Origin: Eledone cirrhosa
Lineage: Eukaryota
DNA length: 64,000 nucleotides
NCBI GenBank assembly: GCA_964016885.1
Contig: OZ024742.1
Location: 283,092,001-283,156,000, forward strand
Direction: 5' to 3'
The position numbers and the translations under genes are program-made. The notes below the pieces were generated by a model. That model was given only the letters and a program-made list of their open reading frames with translations, was not told the origin of the DNA and did not search any database. This document shows, piece after piece, positions 45,550-59,599 of this stretch (the stretch's first letter is position 1; every line of letters begins with the position of its first letter).

Positions 45550-45980
45550 TGGCTTAGTGATTAGAGCATTGGGCTTGCAATCGAAAGGTTGTGAGTTCAA
45601 TACTCGGACCGGGTGATGTGTTGTTTCCTTGAGCAAGACACTTTATTTTACATTGCTCAAGTTTACTCAGCTGTAGAAATGAGATGATAGGACTGGGGTC
45701 CATATCATTCCACTGCAAAGTGGTCGTGGAGGTGCCACAGCAAAAAAAGCACCCAGCCCACACTGTAAAGTGGACGTGTAGGCGCCACGGAAAAAAAGCA
45801 CCCAGCACTCACTGTAAATGAGGTTGGTGTTAGGAAGGGCATCCAACTGTAGAAATCAAGCCAGAATCAGTTCCTGTATGAGCAAGACAAGGTCAGCCGA
45901 CCGGACACTGCCCACAACAGGACAACCCATCTAACCCATGCTAGCGTGGAAGAACGGACGTAAGACGGTGTTGATGATGA
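45550..45980 (+). mobile_element. SINE family B with RTE tail
   Basis: Match to 1683-2075, including the duplicated AAAAAGCACCCAGC unit also seen in the RTE 3'UTR at 46800-46890. Confidence 0.9.
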
Positions 45981-46494
45981 TGATATATATATATATATAT
46001 ATCATCATCATCATCATCTCCCACACGCCATCTACACTCACAACACGCTTAAACACCACACACACACGTGCGTACCACCACATATTTACACATTCAGCCT
46101 CCGGATTCCTCTCCCCCCACCCCTCTATCCACACACGCACACACACTCCGACCTACACCCCACCCCACACACACCTCTTCCTGAACATGCAACCCCGTTC
46201 TTCCCCCAACCCTTGCTTTCACATGCACACACACACACACACGTACACCTACACACACACACCACCTTCAGCCCTCCCCGCTCGGACACCCCGTCTCCCT
46301 CTCCCCACTCCACTCGCCACCACTCCTACACGCCCCACACCCTTCCACCACCTGTTCTACCCCATTTTAATTTTATTTTGATCATGCCTTTATTTTTAAT
46401 TTCATTTGCACCATTTCCTCTCACCCCCTTTTTGCTATATGTCTCTCCACCACTCCCCTACACACCCTTTGAATTCTCTTCCCACACACTTTTC

Positions 46495-46527
46495 ACCTGA
46501 AGAAAGGCTTATGCTCGAAACGTCGTT
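46495..46527 (+). ncRNA. Minimal hammerhead motif with weak stems
   Basis: AC-CTGAAGA-AAGGC TTAT GCTC-GAAA-CG-TC-GT; intact core, but stems I and II are short. Confidence 0.55.
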
Positions 46528-46621
46528 CCCCACCACCACCCCACTCTCAAGAGCGTGAAATTAATAAACATTTGTTGTACTGCCTCTCTGTTTTGTTCCC
46601 GTTCAATTTTTCATTATATAT

Positions 46622-47720
46622 ATATCATCATCATCATCATCATCACCGTTTTACGTCCGTTCTTCCACGCTAGCATGGGTTAGACGGGTTGTCCTGTTGT
46701 GGGCAGTGTCTGGTCAGCTGACCATGCCTTGCTCATACAGGAACTGATCTGGCTTGATTTCTACAGCTGGATGCCCTTCCTAACACCAACCTCATTTACA
46801 GTGAGTGCTGGGTGCTTTTTTGTGGGGCCTACACGTCCACTTTACAGTGTGGGCTGGGTGCTTTTTTGCCGTGGCACCTCCACGACCACCTTGCGGTGGG
46901 GGGAGTGGGGGCATATTGTTTATATGCTTCAGCATGTACCCATGGGAGGTCGGGTACCCTGTATTACTGCGTGACGCCAGAAGTCACGGTCGTGTGTCAT
47001 TGTCTTTGAGAGGTGTAGTTGGGTAAGGTCGGCTTTTATCACCTCATCCCAAGTCATCTTGGGTCTCCCCACTTCGCGGTTGCCATCAACTTCTAGTGCT
47101 CTGCACCTTTTTATGCAGCTGTCATCCTTCATATGCATCACATGTCCATACCAGCGTAACCGCCTCTCCTGCACGCAGCATTTGATTCCTCTTATGCTCA
47201 GTCTCTCTCTCAATTCCTTTATGCTTTGTCGTTCACGTATATTACTGTTACACATCCATCGGAGCATGCAGGCTTCGTTTCTCTCTAATCTACGTAAGTC
47301 TTCCACCTTCAGCGCCCAGATCTCACTACCATGCAACATCGCTGTTCGGATACACGCATCATACAGTCTGCCTTTCATTCTGAGGGAGAAGCCTTTTGCA
47401 GCTAGCAGTGGTAGTAGTTCCCTAAACTTCTTCCATCCCGTTCTTACCCTAGTTATTGTACTTTCTGAGCACCCACCTCCGTTGCTAATTCGGTCACCTA
47501 GGTAGCAGAAGCTGTCTACTGTTTCTACAGGGCCCTCCCAGAGATTGGTGGTACTTGTTTCCTGTGGCTGTTTGCTTGCTGTTTCAGCACAGCTGCTGCA
47601 TGTGAATCCTACATTCTTAATTAAGCTTCCTGAGATCCCGCTACATCTCTTGTGTACCCATTGTTTGCATTTGGGGCAGAGAATGGAGTTCCTACCTACA
47701 CCTTTCCTACATACTGAGCA
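46622..47720 (-). mobile_element. Young 5'-truncated RTE LINE, open frame 47720-46929 plus 3'UTR and (GAT)n tail
   Basis: CSVCRKGVGRNSILCPKCKQWVHKRCSG...VDSFCYLGD...WKKFREL...AMLHGSEIW...RRLRWYGHV...GRPKMTW, no stops. Confidence 0.95.
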
Positions 47721-48470
47721 AGATCAGATAGATAAATGAAATGAACTTCCATAAATTTTCCATTTATTAACTTCCTTCCACTCATAAAGAAATTGTCAGT
47801 TCAAGGCTATGGTAGAAGTAAGTTTCTTGCCTAAGATGCTGGCCAAACAGTGGGATTGAACCTGAAAAGAATGACATGGTTTCCAAACAAGCTTTATTTC
47901 CTTTGCTTGTTTTCTTATTCAAATCAGCGCCTTGTTTAGAACTGACCCAACTGGGAACTAAATCAAATGATGCTGAGAAATCTAAGGAATGGTGCAATAT
48001 AGCAATAATTTATATAAAAAACAGTAATTTTCTATATGTCTTGAAACTTCATTAAGCTTTCAATTTTCTATTATGAGTGTAAAAGGGTGATAGCTGGAGA
48101 CTGGTTTGTTATCCATGTTGTTGTTGCCATCTTCCTTAATCTCTGTCATTATCGTTGTTGTTATAGTTAGTAATGATATTTGTTGCTGTTTGTTATTTGT
48201 TATTCTCATATGTCTGAATCATTATTATCAAGTTACTAATAGCACAAAATACACTGCAGCACAAAGGCAGTAAAATTTTGTCATTTTTACAAAAATATAG
48301 TAATGAATAAGTAGTAGTAGTAGTAGTAGTAATTTTTCCCCATTTAATTTAAACATTAAAATGATTATTTTTATATATACACACACTCATACATATAAAC
48401 ATATATTTATATAGATATATATAAACATATATGTTTATGTATATATGTATAAACCTTAAGTAAGTATATG

Positions 48471-48535
<65 letters not shown>

Positions 48536-48632
48536 GTATGTGTATATATATGTATGTGTATATAGTGTATATATATGTATGTATATATATATGTATGTAT
48601 ATATATATATGTAGTATATATATATATGTATG

Positions 48633-48679
<47 letters not shown>

Positions 48680-48747
48680 GTATGTATATATATATGTATG
48701 TATATATATATATGTATGTATATATATATGTATGTATATATATATAT

Positions 48748-48799
<52 letters not shown>

Positions 48800-49098
48800 T
48801 GTGCCTACACATATACACACATAAATATTTATTAATTTAATATCTTTAAGAGAACCTGAAATTAAAATACATAATCACACAGTCATAGCCACACATAAAC
48901 AGATGCACACACACACAAACACATATAGCCACACATACACTCCCTGTCACCATATATATACCCACACACTTATAAATTAGTGTCAATTTGGTGTCACTAA
49001 TGAAAATTACATAGTGTCACTGTTGGTAGAGAATTAAAGGCAATCGAAACACAACAACATGCGCATACAAATTCTCACACTCACCCACACGTATGAAT

Positions 49099-49134
<36 letters not shown>

Positions 49135-50205
49135 GAACAATCATCATCATGATCATCATTATAAGAAGAAACAGAAACTAACAAAATAACCGTCAAATGT
49201 CACAATTTTGGTTGTTATTAAATTCAGTTTGTTTTTACTACTGTGAGAGAGGGCAGGGTAAACTGGTGATCTGCCATATGTAAATACACTACTACCTTCC
49301 AAAATTAGATCCTCTATACTCACTAGTCAATGATGTGCCTGATTAAAAATAGCAGCCAAATTTCCCCCAAAACACTCCTTGCCACTATGGCCATGGTGTT
49401 AAAAAGCCCGCTCTGAAATCCTGTGGTTTTGGGCTCTATTTGGGCAAGTGTCTTCTATTATAGCCCTAGACAGACCAATGCTTAGATAGAGACTATGCAT
49501 GTCCCATCATATATTATCATCATTTTTCATTAAATGTTTTGGCATGGTTTTACTGGACTGGGGGCATCATGCACATGTACATACACACATACACACATAC
49601 ACACATATTTATGTATACTTAATAATGGAAACAAAACAAACAGAGGGATAAAAAATACACAGTTATATTAGGTTCAGGCTTTATATATATATATGTGGTC
49701 TTTGTGAGGTTCTTGCTCAGACCCACTTCTAAGCTAATTCTGTTCAGTTCACTAAGCAATTGTAGTTCTTCTTTGTTGCTGCTGAAGATGATGATATTAT
49801 CAGTGTTGGTTTAGATATTCTTCCTCAATCTTGATGCCTCCTCTCTTCCAGTCTGAGTCTTTGAAAGACCCTTTCCAGGAGCCCTGTCATACTCCTCTTT
49901 GAAGTTGAAAAGGCAGTGAATCTTTATATATATGATATATGACAAGGTGGCGAGATAACCTTGAGAAAATAGAAAAAATGTTGGCCCTGAATGGCTGAGG
50001 ATCAGCAAAGACAGCACAGCTCAGGGAAGGCCTGTGTCCAAAAATGAACTTTCCAAGGCTGAATATGAGATGATATATATATAATAATAATAACTTTGAA
50101 GACTAAAATCCAAAGAGGGCTCGATAAGGATAAATATATATAATAACAGATTAAAGTTTAAGCAAAGAATCGTTGCTTTCACCCTTAACGGGATCTTCTG
50201 AAGAT

Positions 50206-50254
50206 GTTTCAGAAGATCCTGTTAAGGGTGAAAGCAGCGATTCTTTGCTTAAAC
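50206..50254 (+). ncRNA. Type I hammerhead motif, CAGAAGA core variant, within a 58-bp-arm inverted repeat
   Basis: GTTT-CAGAAGA-TCCT GTTAA GGGT-GAAA-GCAG-CGATTCT-TTGC-TT-AAAC; IR 50145-50202/50208-50265, TA-rich flanks. Confidence 0.65.
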
Positions 50255-50544
50255 TTTAATCTGTTGTTTTAATAAATATATATATATATATTTTTTATCA
50301 TTTATTTTGTTTTGACCTGTTTAGCTTGATTTGGTTTTTGGCTTGGGTGGTTAATGCTTTCTTGACCACCTTTTCAGTTTTGTATGGCTTCTTAACACAT
50401 TGTTTAGCTCTGGTTTTTAACTATTGAGCACTTTGCCAGTATAATTTCTGATTTTTGCGTTACGCTTCGCTTTTCCTGCCCGCCGAAAATGAGATTCTCG
50501 CTGAATCTTTATTTGTATATATATATATATGACAATTTCCCTAG

Positions 50545-50675
50545 TTATGTGTCAAAGACATGACAACCTCCTTTGTGCTGTGTCAAAGACATGACAATCT
50601 CCCTTATGCTGTGTCAAAGACATGACAACCTCCCTAGTGCTGTGTCAAAGACATGACAACTTCCCTAGTGCTGGT
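50545..50675. repeat. ~31-bp tandem repeat x4
   Basis: GTGTCAAAGACATGACAACCTCCCTAGTGCT units. Confidence 0.9.
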
Positions 50676-51056
50676 GCCACAATAAAATGCACTTGGAGGA
50701 GCATAGGATCATATGAAAGCGAGATCAGGCCTCTGGCTCATCAGAGCAATCAATAAAAGGCAGAAAAGTATTTGAGATACAGGCCCTCAGCCTGTCCAAA
50801 AGGTCAGTAGCTCTGGTTAAGCAATGAGTTGATCCAAACAACAACAAAAATAAAACATTAAATAATGATGATGATGATGATGATGATGATGATGGTGGTA
50901 GTGGTGGTAAGATGGTGACAAGGACAAGTTGTTGTTGTTGTTTAACCCCAGATTAATCCTGATTGAGTAGACCAATGATGAAAGGTATCCCAGCCCTTGA
51001 CCATCATAACTTTGGGAGTATATAGAAGTACTTATCTCATAAATACATTCACACAT

Positions 51057-51117
<61 letters not shown>

Positions 51118-51639
51118 TTCTCTGCTTGTCTCACTTTCTTTCTTTCTCTCTCTCACTCCCCTCACATCCACTATGTGGCCACCACCATCAACACATATAC
51201 CTGCCACATGTGAGATATTACATGTGGCAAACTGCTGCAGTCATTTCTGTCAGTATAACACTTTATCTTCTCATAATTACTATGTTTATGTGTTTATTTG
51301 TGTGTGTTGTATGTTTGTGATCTGTATGAAAATGTAATGTGTGTGTCTGTGATATGTATGAAAATGTAATGTGTGTGTCTGTGATATGTATGTAATGTGT
51401 GTATGTTATTAGCTAGGTTATATATGGATGTGTATCCATGTATTTGTAACTGTGTGAGAGAGAAAGGGAGAGAGTGAGAGAGGGGGAGGGGGTTGTCTGA
51501 TTGAAACCAGCTGAAATATTTTAAAACAAAAAAAAAGAAAAAGAAGAAAAATATGTAATTTTTTTCTTAGTTTTATTGTTATTTTTTTTAGGGAAGCTGT
51601 ATTGGGATAGTTTACAACAGATATATCACCACTAACTAG

Positions 51640-52640
51640 CTACACCACCACTACACTACACCACCACTACACTACACCACCACTACACTACACCACCACT
51701 ACACTACCATTACACCAACACTTCATCAACACTACACCAACACTTCATCAACACTACACCACCACTTCATCAACACTACACCACCACTTCATCAACACTA
51801 CACCACCACTTCATCAACACTACACCACCACTACACTACCATTACACCAACACTTCATCAACACTACACCACCACTTCATCAACACTACACCACCACTAC
51901 ACTACCATTACACCAACACTTCATCAACACTACACCACCACTACACTACCATTACACCAACACTTCATCAACACTACACCACCACTACACTACCATTACA
52001 CCAACACTTCATCAACACTACACCAACACTTCATCAACACTATACCACCACTACACTACCATTACACCAACACTACACTGCTGCACTGAACAATACCACT
52101 CTGCATCCAAACCATGACTACATTTTGATACTAAAACTACACCATCACTTCACCACCATCCCAATAATATATACTTCAGAACTACTACTACACTGTTACA
52201 GTACTACACTAACATACTGACTCTACATACTTCAGTACTACTACTACACTGTTACAGTACTACACTAACATACTACCACTACACCACCACTACACCATAT
52301 ACTTCAGTACTACACTAACATACTACCACTACACCACCACTACACCATATACTTCAGTACTACTACACCACTGTTACAGTAGTACACTGACATACTACCA
52401 CTACACCACCACTACACCATATACTTCAGTACTACACTAACATACTACCACTACACCACCACTACACCATATACTTCAGTACTACTACACCACTGTTACA
52501 GTAGTACACTGACATACTACCACTACACCACCACTACACTACATCACCACTGTTACAGTAGTACACTAACATACTACCACTACACCACCACTACACCACC
52601 ACTACACCACCACTACACCACCACTACACTACATCACCAC
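51640..52640. repeat. Compound ACACTACACC-based minisatellites
   Basis: ACACTACACCACCACT, CCAACACTTCATCAAC and longer higher-order units. Confidence 0.9.
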
Positions 52641-53165
52641 CTTCAGGTCACCGAAACACTACCATATGACCCAATTTCTAGACAAAGTTGCTAGACATAA
52701 TAGTAAAATATCCCTCAGATCATAGTCCGCAGTCTTGGGAAATGTCGCCTTGGCTAATGTGGTCTTGTGTTCCCTGTACATAGGAAAAAGATAGGATGGT
52801 CATGGCTGGAGTGCCTTTCATTAAAGGATTACTCAATCAGGGCTGAACTAAGGTTAAGCACAAAAAAAAACAACAACAACTACGTTGCAGTGAGAAAGCA
52901 TTTATGTGGTCTCTTGATCTGTTAAAAATAACAGCTAAATTCTTTCAAATCTCCACCCCAGCCCCACACATACTTACTCCTCTCGCTCCCTTGTCTCTAA
53001 CTTTCTTTCACACACACATACAGATTCCTCTCTATATATAATGTACACACAAACATAACACCCCCCCCCCCTCTTATCTACTCATTTGATAAATGATGTG
53101 TTGACACCCCCTCCTCTATTCACAGTAAATAAGGTACTCAATACATAGGTAGAGTGAGAACAACA

Positions 53166-53231
53166 AAGATTTAATATAGAAAAGGCTTCTACAATTCTAT
53201 TCCTGTAGAAGCCTTTTCTATATTAAATCTT
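53166..53231. repeat. Perfect 28-bp-arm inverted repeat abutting (TA)n
   Basis: AAGATTTAATATAGAAAAGGCTTCTACA, 10-nt spacer, then its reverse complement; GTACTCAATAC motif 30 bp upstream as in the 45180 and 57192 cassettes. Confidence 0.9.
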
Positions 53232-53259
53232 ATATATATATAAGTATATATACACACAC

Positions 53260-53452
<193 letters not shown>

Positions 53453-53621
53453 CATTTATATATTTATACATATATATATATATATATATATATGTAACAC
53501 ACAATAAACTGAGTCCAGATGCATCACTGATTTTTCGTTTTATATTATATCACACTCTGCTCTGTAAGAACATAGAGTGCTCAACTGGCATACCACCTAT
53601 GGAAGCATCATAGCTACCATT

Positions 53622-53716
<95 letters not shown>

Positions 53717-53718
<2 letters not shown>

Positions 53719-53935
53719 AAGGCGTGTGGCTGAGTGGTTAGAGAATTGGATTCACAATCTTGAGGTTGTGAGTTTGATTCCTGGACCGGGCGATGCGTTA
53801 TGTCCTTGAGCAAGACACTTTATTTCACGTTGCTCCTTCTACCTGGAGTTGCGACCGATAGATAGTACTAGCAGCTGGAAAGACCAACGGAAACATTGTT
53901 TCCTCGGTCCGATTTGACGAAAGTCGATCAGAAAA
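53717..53935 (+). mobile_element. SINE family B head with third tail type
   Basis: GAAGGCGTGTGGCTGAGTGGTTAGAG head; tail GGAGTTGCGACCGATAGATAG...GGAAACATTGTTTCC shared with 58803-59010. Confidence 0.82.
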
Positions 53936-53943
53936 AAAAAAAA

Positions 53944-54056
<113 letters not shown>

Positions 54057-54181
54057 TGCATGTGTGTGTGTATCTCTGTAGATTCCAAGTCAGATTTTTC
54101 AATAAATGGAAATTGGCCATCTTTGCTTTTTTCCAAGACCAAAAATAGATGGAAAAACAGGAAATTCGAATTGGGCATTTG

Positions 54182-54226
<45 letters not shown>

Positions 54227-54882
54227 TTACATAAAGACACAAGCCCCTATGTACATACATATGCATACACATCACAACATACATGCATATTCTCCAACAC
54301 TTACAACACATATATACATGTACACTAACACACATACACACTAACACACATACACACTAACACACATACACACTAACACCAGGTCATGTTGTTACTGCTG
54401 TTGTTTGGTATGTTTCAATAGTTTAGTTGGCCCTAATGCCAACACTCCCAGCTCCTGCCCCACACTTTAATCCCCATCCCCATAGGCGGCGGGGGTGGGG
54501 GGTGCATGAAAGCTAAGGGGGCAGAGGGAAAAAACCATCTGTTGTGAAAATGTCTCAGACTTGCAATATTTATTTCTATGGACATTTATATTGACAGATG
54601 TAGGAACATACAGACTGACATACAGATGCCTAGACAGACAGACAGACAGACTGACAGACAGACAAACTGACAGACAGACAGACAGACAGACTGACAGACA
54701 GACAGACAGACAGACTGACAAGCACAGAAAGGCAGATAGATAAATGTAAGGATGGATAGATAGATAAATGAATGGATAAATAAATATAGGAATGTATATG
54801 TGTGTGTATAGAAACATATATATGTGTGTGTGTGTATATATACAAACATATATTTGTTTATGTTTGTATACAAACATATGTA

Positions 54883-54918
<36 letters not shown>

Positions 54919-55223
54919 CACATAGATAGATGGATGAATGAATAGGTTATAAATGTATATATCTACATACATCTATACATCTATATATATATAATCATCT
55001 AGAGATTAAATATATATACACATACACATAGATAGATGGATGAATGAATAGGTTATAAGTGTAATAAATATATAGCTAGAGAGACAGACAAAACAGATGG
55101 TTAGATGGTTGAATACACTACCATGACAAAACAATAACAACAAAGCATAAAACTGGCCCACTGGGTCTTTTTTTTTATTTTTTTCTTTGAAGAAATGACT
55201 TCAATGGTATCCCCTCCCCCTCA

Positions 55224-55299
<76 letters not shown>

Positions 55300-55319
55300 T
55301 CATCATCATCATAATCATC

Positions 55320-55966
55320 AGCATCGTTTAACGTCTATCTTCCACGCTAGCATGGGTTTAGACGGGAATTGTCCCACATGAGGCAAGATTGGTTGTCTTG
55401 CTCTTGGAGGACTGTCTGGCAGGTTTTCTACGGCTGGATGCCCTTCCTAACACCAACCACGTTTACAGTGTGGACTGGAAGGTTTTTACCGTGTTACCTA
55501 CACAGCCACATTACAGCATGGACTGTGTGTTTTGTTTTTGTTGTGACACCTACACGACCTCATTTATTTAGGACTGGATGTTGTGGTACCAACATAACTT
55601 TACAGCGATGGGGGTAGGGGTAGTGGGATGGGGGTGTATTTTGATTAAGAGGTGCCTACTGACTGTAGGTTTCGCTTTGTACTTAGGCAAAGCGGGTCTT
55701 CCATATTACTGCGTAGCACCAAAGATCTCGGTCCAGTGACATTGTCTTGGAGAGGTGTGTGTAAGGTCGGAATTTATCAAGTCGTCCCAGGATTTTCTCG
55801 GTCTGCCTACTCCGTAGCTACCATCTAATTTGATCGCCCTGCACTTTTTTATACAGCTTTCGTCTTTCATGCGCATCACGTGACCATACCAATGTAGTCT
55901 TCTCTCGAGTAAACAGCATCTGATCCCTCTTATTCCTAATTTCTCACTTAGATCATTTATGCTTTG
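55320..55966 (-). mobile_element. 5'-truncated RTE LINE
   Basis: Same subfamily as 4198-4930; [12 protein letters not shown]...GRPRKSWDD; TA-flanked. Confidence 0.92.
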
Positions 55967-56020
55967 CATATATATATATATATACATATATACATATACA
56001 TATATATACATACATGTCTC

Positions 56021-56052
<32 letters not shown>

Positions 56053-56056
56053 CATG

Positions 56057-56105
<49 letters not shown>

Positions 56106-56398
56106 TACAAGATAATTTTCATTTTTGCTTTTTCTTATGTTTGTGTGTGTGGAGGGGTATTATATTTATGTGGGGAAGATAATTTGGTTTTAAGACGATA
56201 TTGATTGTATGACTTGCTCAAATGTCTTTATATATGTATACACACACACACGCACACACACACACGTCTATATGCAAACACACGTACATACACATTATAT
56301 AAAGCAATACTCATACACATATTTTTACTCTAAATTAAGCAATTGATATAAACAGCCTGTAAGTAGTTTATTGTGAGAGATGATGATGATGACAGTGA

Positions 56399-56478
<80 letters not shown>

Positions 56479-56481
<3 letters not shown>

Positions 56482-56577
56482 GGTGTCCCAAAAAATGTAT
56501 ACACACTTTGATTACCTGTAGAGGTAACATTTATTAGAACGCTGTTGAAGTGTGTATACATTTTTGGGGACACCCGG
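56479..56577. mobile_element. Tc1/mariner-type MITE
   Basis: TA-CAGGGTGTCCCAAAAAATGTATACAC...GTGTATACATTTTTGGGGACACCCGG-TA inside (TA)n. Confidence 0.8.
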
Positions 56578-56599
56578 TATATATATATATATATATAAA

Positions 56600-57100
56600 T
56601 ACAAAGTAAAACCTACTACAGTCAGCAGGCATCTCTAACAAAATACACCCCATCCCACCACCCCCACCCCATCCACACCGCCCCTTTCAATGTAAAGTTA
56701 TGTTGGTGACACAACATCAAGGCCGAAACATATGACATCGTGTAGGTGTCATGACAAAAAAAAAAACACACAGTCCACGCTGTAATGTGGCCGTGTAGGT
56801 AACACGGTAAAAACCTCCCAGTCCAACACTGTAAATGTGGTTGGTGTTAGGAAGGGCATCCAGCTGTAGAAAACCCGCCAGACAGTCCACGCTGTAATGT
56901 GGCCGTGTAGGCAACACGGTAAAAACCTCCCAGCCCCACACTGTAAGTGTGGTTGGTGTTAGGAAGGGCATCCAACTGTAGAAAACCCGCCAGACAGTCC
57001 TATGCGAGCAAGACAACCACTCTTGCCTCAAGTGGGAAAACTCCCGTCCAAACCCATGCAAGCGTGGAACATGGACGTTAAACGATGATGATGATGATGA
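56600..57100 (+). mobile_element. RTE 3'UTR-only copy with ~114-bp internal tandem duplication
   Basis: Matches the 55320-55680 UTR; ACAGTCCACGCTGTAATG...GTAGAAAACCCGCCAG occurs twice. Confidence 0.85.
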
Positions 57101-57191
57101 TGATATACATATATACATAGATCATACACTCATTTGTTATACTACCATGAGATTCTGAAATACCCATATACACACACTATATATATATATA

Positions 57192-57312
57192 TAACGAAGG
57201 AAATGTGGTAAGGAACCAGATGGACCATAACGCACCAGAGTACTCAATATGATTTTAGTCCAGAATTAGCCGTCGAAACGGCTTGAGCTCAGCCGTCGGG
57301 GTCTTACTTGTT

Positions 57313-57316
<4 letters not shown>
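57192..57316. mobile_element. Inverted-junction cassette with hammerhead 3' half
   Basis: 5' part is the reverse complement of 45485-45545; 3' part matches 45400-45463 (GAAA-CGGC-TTGAGCTCA-GCCG-TC); TA-flanked. Confidence 0.75.
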
Positions 57317-57356
<40 letters not shown>

Positions 57357-57680
57357 AGTAGTGCCATGTACTGTATATGCATAAATGTTACCTACAACTA
57401 CTCCCTAAATGTTTTAGGTTTCATTATATAGACTCTGTTAATGTGAGCCCTATGTGGCTAATAAAGAAACCATTATGTAGACTCTCATAAATCTATGCCA
57501 GGGCCTCTCTATCTAGTGGCCACTCCCTGACATCAATATTTGATGGGGGAATTAATGATATTTTGAGGATTGAGGGAGGGAAAAAAGGAACAGTGTGGAG
57601 GTGAGGAGTGCCAGAAGGGAGTAGATTTCAAATGTATTGCTTCTCACTTGAGCCCTCAACCAGCTCTTTCTTGTTCATCC

Positions 57681-57735
<55 letters not shown>

Positions 57736-57830
57736 GTCTGTCTGTCTGTCTATCTATATATTTATTACACTTATAACCTCTTCATTCATCCATCTATGTG
57801 CCTGTACATATATATATATATTATATATAT

Positions 57831-57893
<63 letters not shown>

Positions 57894-58080
57894 GATAAAT
57901 CTACCAAGAGTTTACGGTAGTGTCCAATCCGTATGAAGAACTCAATGTATTCCGGATATCATGGAAAGAAGAGATGTAATGAAAATCCAATTTCGGTGAA
58001 AGATAAACGGTATACAGAGTCAAGATAAAATATTAAACAAATAATGAACAAACAATTCCTTATATTAAACAAAAAAAGTT

Positions 58081-58230
58081 CACTATTTAACGATCGTTTC
58101 TAGGGTATATATGTGTTATAATTGGTATGCATATTTAACAGATCTATGTACAAAATTATACAAAATTATACAAATTATCAAGATTAAATATACATACCTA
58201 ACTCATATATACGCCGTCTTCAGAAATAAT
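58081..58230 (-). ncRNA. Type I hammerhead ribozyme, long stem II (left arm of palindrome)
   Basis: Reverse complement of 58252-58401. Confidence 0.82.
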
Positions 58231-58250
58231 TTCATTACATTATTTCATTA

Positions 58251-58401
58251 CATTATTTCTGAAGACGGCGTATATATGAGTTAGGTATGTATATTTAATC
58301 TTGATAATTTGTATAATTTTGTATAATTTTGTACATAGATCTGTTAAATATGCATACCAATTATAACACATATATACCCTAGAAACGATCGTTAAATAGT
58401 G
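58251..58401 (+). ncRNA. Type I hammerhead ribozyme, long stem II (right arm of palindrome)
   Basis: Stem I CATTATTT/AAATAGTG, CTGAAGA 58259-58265, ~115-nt stem II (GTATATATG/CATATATAC, GGTATGTATATTTA/TAAATATGCATACC), GAAA 58382-58385, C-GATC-G, triplet GTT. Confidence 0.85.
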
Positions 58402-58448
58402 AACTTTTTTTGTTTAATATAAGGAATTGTTTGTTCATTATTTGTTTA

Positions 58449-58495
<47 letters not shown>

Positions 58496-58802
58496 TGTCT
58501 TTTATTATGATGCCAATATAAACAGTCAGATGAGGCAGTTTTCCTCACCCTAGGACACCATACACATACACACAAGCCACAAGTTATAACTCCTGTTGTC
58601 CCTCCCTCCTTTTTTTTTAATGATTTCATCGCACCTGTTTGTATGCAATGTGAGAAATCCATTGAAATATATATGATACCTTCCTATAGTATATCATAGT
58701 ATATATCATATAGATACAAGCAGTCATAGCTGAATGGTTATTAAGTTAAAAGTTTGCTTTGCAGCCATGAAGTTCTGGGTTCAATCCTCCTGCATATGGT
58801 AT

Positions 58803-59010
58803 GAAGGTGTGTGGCTTAGTGGTTAGAGTGTTGGATTTGCAATTGTAAGGTTGTGAGTTCAATTCTCGGACTGGGTGATGTATTTTGTCCTTGAGCAAGA
58901 CTCTTTATTTCACATTGCTCTTTTTGCCAGGAGTTGCAACCAGTAGATAGTATCAGCAATGGAAAGACCAATGGAAACATTGTTTCCTTGGTTCAATTTG
59001 ATGAGGTCCA
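58803..59010 (+). mobile_element. SINE family B (same tail as 53717)
   Basis: Colinear with 53717-53935. Confidence 0.8.
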
Positions 59011-59599
59011 CCCCAGTCGGCAAGCAAATGAGGTCTAGGATCTTGTTGATTGATCAGAGCGAGAGAGCGAGCATATGGTATCTTGAGTAAATGTCTTTAC
59101 CATATCCTCAGGTCGACCCAAGCTTTGCCAGTGAAGTTGGGTAGACCCCGCTGGGTGGATTGTACCTGTAGTTCAAATGTCCCAGTTTGTTACATATTAT
59201 GTCACATTAATTCAGCTTTGAAAATTATATTAAATGTACACGTGTCTGTGGAATACTTAGCCAGTTACACTATGATATAAGATGGTTTCCACTCCATTTT
59301 CCACACTAGCAAGAGTTAGACAGGAACATGGGTTACCAGTAATTCAAACGTCCAGCCTTATCACATATTGTATTATGCTGATTTGGCTGGAAAATAAGTT
59401 AAGATTACACACACATGTGGAATACTCAGCCACTTACATTTTAATTCACAAGTTAGATGTGGAGTTAATCAAATGACCAAATACTCATTGTTAGAACCAG
59501 CTGAGAATTTATCATCAACAATACTTAGACATCTGAATGAATTAGAACTTGTGATCTTTGTATCAAAGACTAAACGTTCTAAACTATGTTTTATATTTT

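Noticed and set aside
50545-50675. CRISPR-like 31-bp repeats
   Set aside because: Head-to-tail with no unique spacers, no cas genes, eukaryotic context.
53166-53231. Pre-miRNA interpretation of perfect hairpins (also 50145, 45339)
   Set aside because: Near-perfect arms, TA flanks and shared cassette motifs fit retroelement fold-backs better.
53717-53790. tRNA genes at SINE heads
   Set aside because: A and B boxes are present but there is no full cloverleaf, and they continue into SINE bodies.
57501-57522. CTCF-like TGGCCACTAGATAGAG on - strand
   Set aside because: The 3' half departs from consensus; unsupported without data.
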